Source: an uncultured Flavobacteriales bacterium (GTDB taxonomy: Bacteria > Bacteroidota > Bacteroidia > Palsa-965). Taken from it: a stretch of 64,000 nucleotides of DNA. The notes beneath the pieces were generated by a model. That model worked only from the letters and a program-made list of their open reading frames with translations. It was not told where the DNA came from and ran no database searches. The DNA lies in the NCBI GenBank assembly GCA_903873905.1, contig CAIQQJ010000043.1, positions 4,426 through 68,425 of the forward strand. The letters are read 5' to 3'. This document shows, one piece after another, positions 47,197-55,456 of the stretch; the stretch's first letter is position 1; each line of letters starts with the position of its first letter. The position numbers and the translations under genes are program-made.

Positions 47197-48327
47197 TTAC
47201 AACCCTAATTCTTTTGCAATATTTATTTTCAAAATTTCCGAAGTACCTCCACCGATCAAAGTGAATCGCGCATCACGCAGGTAACGCTCCATGTTGTATT
47301 CAACAGCATAACCATAGGAGGCAAGCACACGTGACGCTTCATCACAAATGTTATTGGAAATTTCAGAAGCGTATAATTTCGCAATCATCGCCTCTTTTTG
47401 TCGTGGCTTATTTTGATCACTCAAAGTCGCTGCATATAGCACATAATGTTTTGCTGTCTCCAATTGAACTGCCATATCAGCAAACTTCATTTGAATGGCT
47501 TGGAATTTTCCAATTGGTTTCCCAAATTGAGAACGTTCTTTCGCATATTTTACCGCATCATCATATGCTGCAGTGGCAACACCAATAGCAAGTGCGGCGG
47601 TCATGATTCTGATTTCGGCAAGAATTTCCTTCAGACATTTTGTTCCACCACCAATTTCTCCCAACAAATAATTCTTCGGAAGCTTTACATTATTAAATGA
47701 AACTTCACTTGTAACAGAGGCGCGAACGCCCATTTTTTCAATGCTCTTTCCAATAAGAACACCTTTCAAATTAACTGGAACAAAAAATATGGAAAGTTGT
47801 TCGTGATTATCGGTTCTTGCAAGCACTGTGAAAAAATCTGCAACAGGTGCAGAAGTTATCCAAGTTTTTTGCCCATTCAAAATGAAACCGTCATCGGTAA
47901 CATTTGCAAGTGTTTTGACTGCCATCAAATCACTTCCTGCATTTGGTTCGGTCATACAAATGCCGCCTATTTTATTTCCTTTTAATGCTTCTGCAAAATA
48001 ATTTTTTTTGATTTCATCATCGCCAAAACGATAAAGGAAATAAGTTCCCATCAAAGATTGCATGGTAACAGCTGCTGCAACTGAAAGAGAGCCACGTGCA
48101 ATTTCTATTACCGCAAGTGAATAGGAAACAACATCAAGTCCAGTTCCTCCAACACTCTCAGGATAACGCATTCCAAAAAAACCAAGTTCTCCCGCTTCTT
48201 TGAATAACTCCATTGGAAATTTTTTCTCTTCATCCAATTTTGCAGCCACAGGTTTTATTCTCCTGTCCGCAAAATCGCGGAAGGTTTCTTGAACTTGTTT
48301 TTGTATTTCACTTAAGTCGAAATTCAT
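47197..48327 (-). CDS. acyl-CoA dehydrogenase
   Basis: 376 aa. 'ICMTEPNAGSDL', 'NGQKTWITSA' and 'LIGGGTSEI'. Confidence 0.9.
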   Translation of the reverse strand: MNFDLSEIQKQVQETFRDFADRRIKPVAAKLDEEKKFPMELFKEAGELGFFGMRYPESVGGTGLDVVSYSLAVIEIARGSLSVAAAVTMQSLMGTYFLYRFGDDEIKKNYFAEALKGNKIGGICMTEPNAGSDLMAVKTLANVTDDGFILNGQKTWITSAPVADFFTVLARTDNHEQLSIFFVPVNLKGVLIGKSIEKMGVRASVTSEVSFNNVKLPKNYLLGEIGGGTKCLKEILAEIRIMTAALAIGVATAAYDDAVKYAKERSQFGKPIGKFQAIQMKFADMAVQLETAKHYVLYAATLSDQNKPRQKEAMIAKLYASEISNNICDEASRVLASYGYAVEYNMERYLRDARFTLIGGGTSEILKINIAKELGL

Positions 48328-48353
48328 TTTTGTTTTAGAATTTTATAAATGGG

Positions 48354-49208
48354 TTAATCATCGTCATGCCCACCATGTTCACCACTATGTTCATTTGAGT
48401 TTCCTCCACCCTCTGATTCATGTTCGCTTCCACTTTTATGACAAGAAATGCAATTGTCAAAATTGTAAATCCCTTCTTCATTATGCTTTTCACTCAAATT
48501 GCTTTGTGAATGTTCGTGACATCCATAACAGGTGTATGATTTATAATTGCTATCCGTGTGACATGTATTGCATGTTGCGTTGTGATTTCCACTCAGCTGA
48601 AAATAGGCTGAATGATTAAATGACGATGGTGTCCATTTGTTTGTATTATGACATTGCTTGCAATTATTTTCAAACTGACTATGGGAAGTTCCCGCTGGCT
48701 TTTGATGACACGAAAGGCAATTCGAAAATGAATCCTGTAACATTTCATGATTAAACTTTGCAGGCATCCATGCATTTGTATTATGGCAACTTCCACAATC
48801 CTTTGATAATTTATCGTGAATAATTGTCGATGAAGTATGACAACTAGAGCAATTTTCTCTCACACTATTGATCAGAAGTTCATGAGAAAAACTTTTGACA
48901 CTTGATTTAGGATTTGCGCCAATATGATCAGTGTGACATGAAGTGCAACTTTGTTCCGCCAAATGTTGATGGAATAAAATATTCTTCATTTTAGCAGCAC
49001 TCGTGTCTTTACCGATTTCAGATAATTTATGGCAAGTGATACATTTTTCTGAAGCAAGTCCCTTGAAGAAAGTATGGCAAGAACCACAATCATCTTTAAT
49101 TTTATTGTGTCCCTCCAACAGTTCACCCGGATTTACCATAGCCGCAGGAAACTTGAACATGGCAAATGTGCAAAGCAAAATAATTAAAAGGATGACAGAC
49201 TTTTTCAT
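48354..49208 (-). CDS. decaheme c-type cytochrome (secreted/periplasmic), His-rich acidic tail
   Basis: 284 aa. N-terminal signal/anchor and ten CxxCH motifs counted in the translation: CGSCH, CITCH, CTSCH, CSSCH, CGSCH, CLSCH, CKQCH, CNTCH, CYGCH, CISCH. Recurring 'CxxCHxTxxWxPxxFNH' units. Confidence 0.9.
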   Translation of the reverse strand: MKKSVILLIILLCTFAMFKFPAAMVNPGELLEGHNKIKDDCGSCHTFFKGLASEKCITCHKLSEIGKDTSAAKMKNILFHQHLAEQSCTSCHTDHIGANPKSSVKSFSHELLINSVRENCSSCHTSSTIIHDKLSKDCGSCHNTNAWMPAKFNHEMLQDSFSNCLSCHQKPAGTSHSQFENNCKQCHNTNKWTPSSFNHSAYFQLSGNHNATCNTCHTDSNYKSYTCYGCHEHSQSNLSEKHNEEGIYNFDNCISCHKSGSEHESEGGGNSNEHSGEHGGHDDD

Positions 49209-49777
49209 TTAGCAAACATTATTATTGAAAGAATATGCAGGATCGTCAAAAATCCAAAGACAACTGTAATTGGAAGATGAACAACTCTCCACTTCTTCAT
49301 TAGGTCAACCATTATTGAATCGCGATAAAGTTTTTCTTGAATTTCTTTTTCGCTGAGTCCTGCTTTCACCAAATCATTTTTCTTCTCTGTAAGTGCAGCC
49401 TTTGCAATGTTCAAAAGGACTTTCCCCACAAAACCACTTGCAACAGTTATGATCAGCATAAATATTGCAAGCCAAGGCAAAATGGCATTGAAGTGAATTC
49501 CTGCGTGAACCATTACCATCAAGGCGCCAATCCAGGAAAGAATTTCATGAACTTCTAGAAGAGCTTTCGGTGGAGCAATGTTTATTATTTTTCGTTTTTG
49601 TAAGGAATAGAGGAATGAAAGTAGAATCAGAACTGTTCCTGCTGTTCCCAAATAACGCCCTAATAAAACCAACTTAAAGTGGTGAAGAATGTAATCGAAT
49701 AAGATGGTAGCAATAAATAGCAAAGCATACCATACAATATATGGTAACATATCTTTGAAAAAGATTGACTTTATCAT
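49205..49777 (-). CDS. small polytopic membrane protein, possible b-type heme/quinone-interacting partner of the cytochrome
   Basis: 190 aa, about 5 predicted TM helices with intramembrane His residues ('ILHHF', 'VMVHAGIHF', 'VVHLPITVVFGFLTILHIL'). Its stop overlaps the cytochrome start (ATGA at 49205-49208). Confidence 0.55.
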   Translation of the reverse strand: MIKSIFFKDMLPYIVWYALLFIATILFDYILHHFKLVLLGRYLGTAGTVLILLSFLYSLQKRKIINIAPPKALLEVHEILSWIGALMVMVHAGIHFNAILPWLAIFMLIITVASGFVGKVLLNIAKAALTEKKNDLVKAGLSEKEIQEKLYRDSIMVDLMKKWRVVHLPITVVFGFLTILHILSIIMFAK

Positions 49778-49783
49778 TCGCTA

Positions 49784-50185
49784 TTATTCAGGTATTACTG
49801 CTGTTGCTTCAATTTCTATCACTGCAGGATGATCCAGTAAATCCACAACGAAAATCATGCTCATGCAGGGATAGTGATTTCCGATGATTTCTTTCCAGAC
49901 TTTCCCAATTTCTCTTCGTGTTGCCAAATATTGATCACGGTCTTTACAGAAACATGTCATTTTGCAAATGTCTTCTGGTTTTCCACCAGCCTTTTTCACA
50001 ATTGCAACAATGTTTTTCAAGGCTTGTTCGAATTGCGGAACTAATTTATCACTGGCAAATTTTTCTTCTGGCGACCAACCCACTTGTCCTGCCAAAAAAA
50101 GTGTTCTTCCTTTCGCTGCAAGAATTCCATTCGAATATCCTTTTGGAACTGGCCAACCTTCTGGTAAAATAATTTCGTGATTCAT
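49784..50185 (-). CDS. RidA/YjgF/UK114-family enamine/imine deaminase
   Basis: 133 aa. 'GYSNGILAAKGRTLFLAGQVG...' and the C-terminal 'IEIEATAV' are typical of the family. Confidence 0.8.
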   Translation of the reverse strand: MNHEIILPEGWPVPKGYSNGILAAKGRTLFLAGQVGWSPEEKFASDKLVPQFEQALKNIVAIVKKAGGKPEDICKMTCFCKDRDQYLATRREIGKVWKEIIGNHYPCMSMIFVVDLLDHPAVIEIEATAVIPE

Positions 50186-50188
50186 TTT

Positions 50189-51862
50189 TTATTTTTTTAC
50201 TCCGTAAATTTTTTCAGCAACTTTTTTAGAAACCACTTCATTCTTCACATCCTCCAAAACCTTTTTCTTGTCACGTTTTTTTGGATTGCCATAACCACCA
50301 CCGCCACTTGCAATTTGCAAATACAAGGTGTTGTCTGGAATTCCCTGAATCATATCCTTGCTCATTGGAATTAACTTCTTCCCATTCTTGTATTTCAACT
50401 CAATTTTGTTCAGCACACTTCCTTTTCCTCCGAACAAACCATAATTCGTTTCCACATCTCCATCTCCGAAAACAACCATCGTAGTATCGTCGCCTCGCAA
50501 CATGATTTGTGTAACGGTTCCCAATCCGCCGCGCCACTCTCCTGCTCCACCAGAATCGCACAAATATTCATGCTGTACAATTCGATGCGGAGTTTGTTGC
50601 TCATACATTTCATAATCCTGATCCAACACGCCACCCGATGCATCAATCATTCCGATGTGATCATAACCATCATCGTTTTTCATTGCGCCACTTCCACCTT
50701 TCAATCCGAGAAAACAGATATCCACATATTTTTTTCCTGTGCGCGGATGATTGCCTGTGAAAAGTGAACACAACAAATGATTCCATCCTGCAGTGATTCT
50801 ATCCGGAACAGCAGGACCGAGTGCCTTGAAAATCGCATCAGCCACTTGGGGACAAAGATGATTTCCAAAAGTTGTGGCTGCAGGATAAGATGCATTCAGA
50901 ATTGTTCCTTCAGGTACAATGTATTTTAATGGTTTGATCATTCCTTCATTGTGTGGAATGTTGGGATTGATCATTTGCAAAAAAGTAAGGGTAATGGCTG
51001 AACAGGTTGAAGTGTAAATTCCATTTACAAACCCTTTTGTCTGTGGAGATGATTTTGAAAAATCAAAAGTGATGTCCTCGTTTCTAACAGTAATTTCCGT
51101 ACGAATTGGGAATTTGCTTCCCTTGTGTTTTCCATCGTAATAAACAGTGCTTCCTCCTTTGTAAACACCATTTGGAATTGCTTTGATTTCCGCACGCATC
51201 ATTTTTTCCGTTGCATCGAACAATGCAATTTTGTGTGCTTCGAAAACTTCTAATCCATATTTTTCAACAAATGCACTCAATCTTCTTTCTCCAAGTGTGC
51301 ATGCACCAATTTGCGCCTTGATATCTTCCTGCACCATTTGCAATCGAATGTTTGCAAAAATTAAATTCCAAACATCCTTTCTGAATTTTCCTTTTTCATA
51401 CAACTTTACTGCAGGAATACGAAGCGCTTCTTGCCAAACTTCGGTTGCGTTTGGATTGTAACCACCTTGCACTGCACCACCAATATCTGCTTGATGTCCT
51501 TTCGCCGCTGACCAACCCACCAATTTATTTTGGTGAAAAATCGGTTTGAAAATAGCAACGTCATTATTCTGATTTCCCATTGAGAAAACATCATTATGAA
51601 TAATTACATCACCTTCGTGAATGTCGCTGCCATATTGCTCCAGAATCACTTTGCAAACGGGTCCGAGTGAAAAAGAAAGGATGGGAAGATTTTCTGTTTG
51701 TTCCAACATTTGCCCTTTCGCATCATACAATCCCGTCACGAAATCTTTCGCTTCGCAGAGAATTGGTGAGCGCGTAGTTTTTGTCAATGAGATGCTCATC
51801 TCATCCGTAATGGATTTGAAAGCACGCTGGAAAATGGAAACTAATATTTTATCAATGTTCAT
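50189..51862 (-). CDS. hydantoinase B / oxoprolinase-family subunit
   Basis: 557 aa. The N-terminal 'FQRAFKSITDEM' region and 'CDSGGAGEWRGGLG' are HyuB-type. Confidence 0.9.
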   Translation of the reverse strand: MNIDKILVSIFQRAFKSITDEMSISLTKTTRSPILCEAKDFVTGLYDAKGQMLEQTENLPILSFSLGPVCKVILEQYGSDIHEGDVIIHNDVFSMGNQNNDVAIFKPIFHQNKLVGWSAAKGHQADIGGAVQGGYNPNATEVWQEALRIPAVKLYEKGKFRKDVWNLIFANIRLQMVQEDIKAQIGACTLGERRLSAFVEKYGLEVFEAHKIALFDATEKMMRAEIKAIPNGVYKGGSTVYYDGKHKGSKFPIRTEITVRNEDITFDFSKSSPQTKGFVNGIYTSTCSAITLTFLQMINPNIPHNEGMIKPLKYIVPEGTILNASYPAATTFGNHLCPQVADAIFKALGPAVPDRITAGWNHLLCSLFTGNHPRTGKKYVDICFLGLKGGSGAMKNDDGYDHIGMIDASGGVLDQDYEMYEQQTPHRIVQHEYLCDSGGAGEWRGGLGTVTQIMLRGDDTTMVVFGDGDVETNYGLFGGKGSVLNKIELKYKNGKKLIPMSKDMIQGIPDNTLYLQIASGGGGYGNPKKRDKKKVLEDVKNEVVSKKVAEKIYGVKK

Positions 51863-53981
51863 TGACGGTAACTTTTTTATTTTTCAACTGATAACCTTTC
51901 GGGAATTTCTCTTTTTCATAAACAATGAATGAACCGAAATCATCCACCACACAATCATAACTTTCCGTGAGCAAAATGGACGTTGTGATTTTCTCGATGA
52001 CACAAGGTCCTTGAATCGTTGATCCGAAAATTGGCATATCGCCATCATAAATCGGAACCTTTTTCATTTTGTTCAATTCAGGAATATAGATTTCACGGTG
52101 TTCCTTGATTGCTTTTTCAGCAGGGATATTTTTTGAATTTCCGGATAGGAATTTTGGCTTTTCTGTTTTGCCAACCACACGCAAACGCACATTGATGATT
52201 TCCATTTCCGTTCCTTCTTCCTTGAGTGAATAACCGAATTGGCGATTGTGTTCTTTGTGAAATGCTTCGAAAATATTTTCAAGATTAAATTTCATCACAT
52301 CATCCCAATTCGCTTCCATTTGCACTTCGTGATATTGACCGAGATAACGCATATCTAAAATCGGGTAAAAAGAGATTCGATCGGCGGCAACGCCTTCTTC
52401 CTTCACCAATGCATTCAAGCCATCATCTTTCATTTCATTGAATAGCGAAATGAATTTTTTTCTGTCGATATTATTGAAAGATGTGAAATAGGAACGAATG
52501 TAATCGTGTTTCAAATCGCCCAACAACATTCCTGCTGCACAAAATATCGAGGAAACATTTGGAACAAGGAACATTGGAATTTCCAACTCCTTGCAGATTT
52601 CAGAAGAGTGAATCGACCCAGCACCTCCGGCAACAATGAATAAAAATTCTCTTGGATCATAACCACGCTCAACAGAAATTTCGCGAACACCTTGCGCCAT
52701 ATTGCTATTGATGATGCGATACATTCCTGCTGCAGTTTCCAAAACAGACAATCCCAATTTCGAAGCGAGTTCATCCTTGATTGATTTTTCCGCCTTTGCT
52801 TTATTGAGTTTTAATTTTCCGCCCGCAAAAAAATTCGGATTGAGATATCCCAAAATCAAATCAGCATCTGTACATGCTGGAATTGTTCCACCACGATCGT
52901 AACACACAGGACCGGGCATTGCTCCTGCACTTTGCGGACCCATTTGCAAAAGTCCACCGCTGTTAAGCCAACCGATACTTCCACCACCAGCACCAATGGT
53001 AATGATATCGAGTGATGGAAGTGCGATGCGATAACGATTGATATTTCCCTCTGTACTTGTCACGCATTGATTGTCAATTACGATTGCAGCATCGAAACTT
53101 GTTCCGCCCATGTCAACGGTGATGCAATTTTTATAACCAAGCAATTGTGAATAGAATGCTCCTGCAGTTGGAGCAGCAGCAGGTCCGGATAGAACAGTAA
53201 CCGCTGGATTTTTTTTCACTTGATCAGGAACAACAACTCCTCCATTCGACTGCATAATCAGCAGCGTTCCTTTGTAATTAATGCTTTCTAATTTCTGAGT
53301 TAGATTGTCCAAATATTTTGCAACGATTGGACCAACAAATGCGCTGACGACAGTTGTGCTTACTCTTTCGTAAAAACGAATAGAAGGAAGAACTTCGAAT
53401 GAAGCCGTGACAAAAATTCCTTTCAGATTTTTTCTCAGAAATTTTATTGCTTTTTTTTCATGATTTGCATTTTTGTATGAATTCATGAAACAAACCGCAA
53501 CAGATTCCACATTTTCATCTTTGATTTTTTTGATGATAGGAAGAAGTTCTTTCTCATCGAATTTCTTTAACACTTTTCCTTCGGAATCCATTCGTTCATC
53601 AACGGTGAAACGCAAATAACGTGGTGCAAGCGGAGTAACATTTCTGTAATGATTGTTGAATTGTTCCTCTCGAATTCCCCTTCTCATTTCGAGCGCATCA
53701 CGAAAACCTTTGGTGGTGATGAGTGCTGTTTTTGCTCCGCGCAAAGTGAGCAATGCATTTGTGGAAACCGTTGTTCCATGAACAATTGTATCAATGTTCG
53801 ATACGAATTTCTCGAATGACAAACCGCTCATTTCAGCAACTTCCCGAATGCCATTGATGAATCCAATGGACGAATCCTGTGGAGTGGAAAGTGTTTTGTG
53901 TACAATGGTTTTGCCTTCCGAAGAAACGCAAATCAAATCGGTAAAGGTTCCACCAATATCAATTCCTACGTTGAATCTCAT
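51852..53981 (-). CDS. hydantoinase A / oxoprolinase-family subunit (ATP-binding, ASKHA fold)
   Basis: 709 aa. 'RFNVGIDIGGTFTDL' and 'ITVDMGGTSFD' are actin-like ATPase motifs. Overlaps the B subunit gene by 11 nt. Confidence 0.9.
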   Translation of the reverse strand: MRFNVGIDIGGTFTDLICVSSEGKTIVHKTLSTPQDSSIGFINGIREVAEMSGLSFEKFVSNIDTIVHGTTVSTNALLTLRGAKTALITTKGFRDALEMRRGIREEQFNNHYRNVTPLAPRYLRFTVDERMDSEGKVLKKFDEKELLPIIKKIKDENVESVAVCFMNSYKNANHEKKAIKFLRKNLKGIFVTASFEVLPSIRFYERVSTTVVSAFVGPIVAKYLDNLTQKLESINYKGTLLIMQSNGGVVVPDQVKKNPAVTVLSGPAAAPTAGAFYSQLLGYKNCITVDMGGTSFDAAIVIDNQCVTSTEGNINRYRIALPSLDIITIGAGGGSIGWLNSGGLLQMGPQSAGAMPGPVCYDRGGTIPACTDADLILGYLNPNFFAGGKLKLNKAKAEKSIKDELASKLGLSVLETAAGMYRIINSNMAQGVREISVERGYDPREFLFIVAGGAGSIHSSEICKELEIPMFLVPNVSSIFCAAGMLLGDLKHDYIRSYFTSFNNIDRKKFISLFNEMKDDGLNALVKEEGVAADRISFYPILDMRYLGQYHEVQMEANWDDVMKFNLENIFEAFHKEHNRQFGYSLKEEGTEMEIINVRLRVVGKTEKPKFLSGNSKNIPAEKAIKEHREIYIPELNKMKKVPIYDGDMPIFGSTIQGPCVIEKITTSILLTESYDCVVDDFGSFIVYEKEKFPKGYQLKNKKVTVNEH

Positions 53982-53983
53982 TC

Positions 53984-55153
53984 TTACGATATTTGTTTTT
54001 CTTTAATTTTCCATCCCCCTGCACTTACTGCTTGCGTCAACGAAGTTGGTATTTTGAAACTGGAATGTTCCTTGCAGAATTCACTCACCACTTTCAAAGC
54101 TTTCTCCATTCCAAAACCATTCATCATGGAAAATGGCGGATTGATGACCAATGAATTCTTACATGCAAAATCCAAATCATCGATGTTGACAATTGCAAGA
54201 TCCATGATGTAGGATGCAAGTGAGAAATACGCACCCAAAAACTCTTGTGCGATTTTTTCTTTTCTTTCAGCTGGAATATTTATTTCTTCTCCTTTGCTTG
54301 CGGTGTGCCAAGGCAAATTACTGTCGACAGCATTTTTTAAAGTCAATGGAGATTTGAACCATGGCATCAAATGTTTTCCCATTTCATCCAAACCATGTGC
54401 AGTAATTGGATTCCCTCCGGTAAGATTCAAAGCTGTGAACGGCCCAACGCCAAGACCAAGCGTTTCCATTGCCACTTTATCAATTTCCTTTTCATTGCCA
54501 AGATTTTTTTCGAGACAAAGAATAGCAGTTTGACAAAGACCTTCAAAAATTGGATCGACAGCATAACCGTATGAACTTTTTACAACAATTGGTTTTTTAC
54601 CAATGGATTTGTAAAAATTCAAAAGATTTTCCACCAGATTTTTATCTGTATCAGCAGAAGGAACAAGTTCAACAACTGGATTTCTATCAGCAGGAAAAAA
54701 ATAATGTGCCACCAAACATCTTGATTTGTCCTTGATGCTTTTGAAAATAACTTCAGGTTGCATGTGTGAAGAATTCGAAAGGAAAATTGTGTTCTCGCCA
54801 CAAATTGCTTCTACCTGTTTGAAGATTTTATCTTTTATTGGTTCGCTTTCCGTTGCTGCTTCCAATACAATTTCAGAATTCGAAATGCTGGAATAATCGC
54901 TGGTGTAGCTAATGCAGTTTTTCAATGCTGCAGCAAGCTCCGCACTAAAGGATCCTGTTTCAAGACCTTTCGCAATTTTTTTCTCAATTTTTTTCTGCGC
55001 ATTCTGTAATGCTGTTTCAGCAATGTCAACTAAAACAAGTTGAGCATTCTTTTCAGCAAAAGCCTTTGCGAAATGGAACAGAATATCTGGGCCAATTTGT
55101 CCTGCGCCAATTACAGCGATTTTGGAAATGGCAATTTTTTCTATTTGTCTCAT
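53984..55153 (-). CDS. 3-hydroxyacyl-CoA dehydrogenase family protein; first gene of the cluster
   Basis: 389 aa. 'KIAVIGAGQIGPDI' Rossmann start and 'LVAHYFFPADRNPVVE' (3HCDH_N-type). Confidence 0.8.
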   Translation of the reverse strand: MRQIEKIAISKIAVIGAGQIGPDILFHFAKAFAEKNAQLVLVDIAETALQNAQKKIEKKIAKGLETGSFSAELAAALKNCISYTSDYSSISNSEIVLEAATESEPIKDKIFKQVEAICGENTIFLSNSSHMQPEVIFKSIKDKSRCLVAHYFFPADRNPVVELVPSADTDKNLVENLLNFYKSIGKKPIVVKSSYGYAVDPIFEGLCQTAILCLEKNLGNEKEIDKVAMETLGLGVGPFTALNLTGGNPITAHGLDEMGKHLMPWFKSPLTLKNAVDSNLPWHTASKGEEINIPAERKEKIAQEFLGAYFSLASYIMDLAIVNIDDLDFACKNSLVINPPFSMMNGFGMEKALKVVSEFCKEHSSFKIPTSLTQAVSAGGWKIKEKQIS

Positions 55154-55429
55154 GAGCGTTTTGGAAAAATATTACTTCCGAATTTCCGCAATAAGCACAC
55201 TCAAAACTATGAGTATAGTCATGTTTTTTGTGTGTCAAAAACATTCCTTACAACTATTTACAAAGCTTTAATCTCCATACTATTAAGCCTTAATAATTGA
55301 GTCTGTTTTCCCAAATTGACATGGCCTCAATTATCGCAAACCAAAAACAATTTTCCAGGAGAACTTCCAATTAGCTATTTCTTCAAAATCTTTAAAGATT
55401 CCCTTTCACTAGTTGCACCTTCCTTTACC

Positions 55430-55437
55430 TACATTTG
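55430..55437 (+). promoter_or_regulatory. candidate Bacteroidetes -7 promoter box (TAnnTTTG) for the methionine gamma-lyase-type gene
   Basis: TACATTTG lies 20 nt upstream of ATG 55457. This is a consensus match only, in an AT-rich context. Confidence 0.25.
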
Positions 55438-55456
55438 CCTCCTAATTTACCCCACT

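Noticed and set aside
50189-53981. The idea that HyuAB here is an acetone or acetophenone carboxylase.
   Set aside because: No small gamma (or additional) subunit ORF lies adjacent, and the B-type subunit is short (557 aa) compared with carboxylase alpha subunits as I recall them. A lactamase/hydantoinase type is more consistent.
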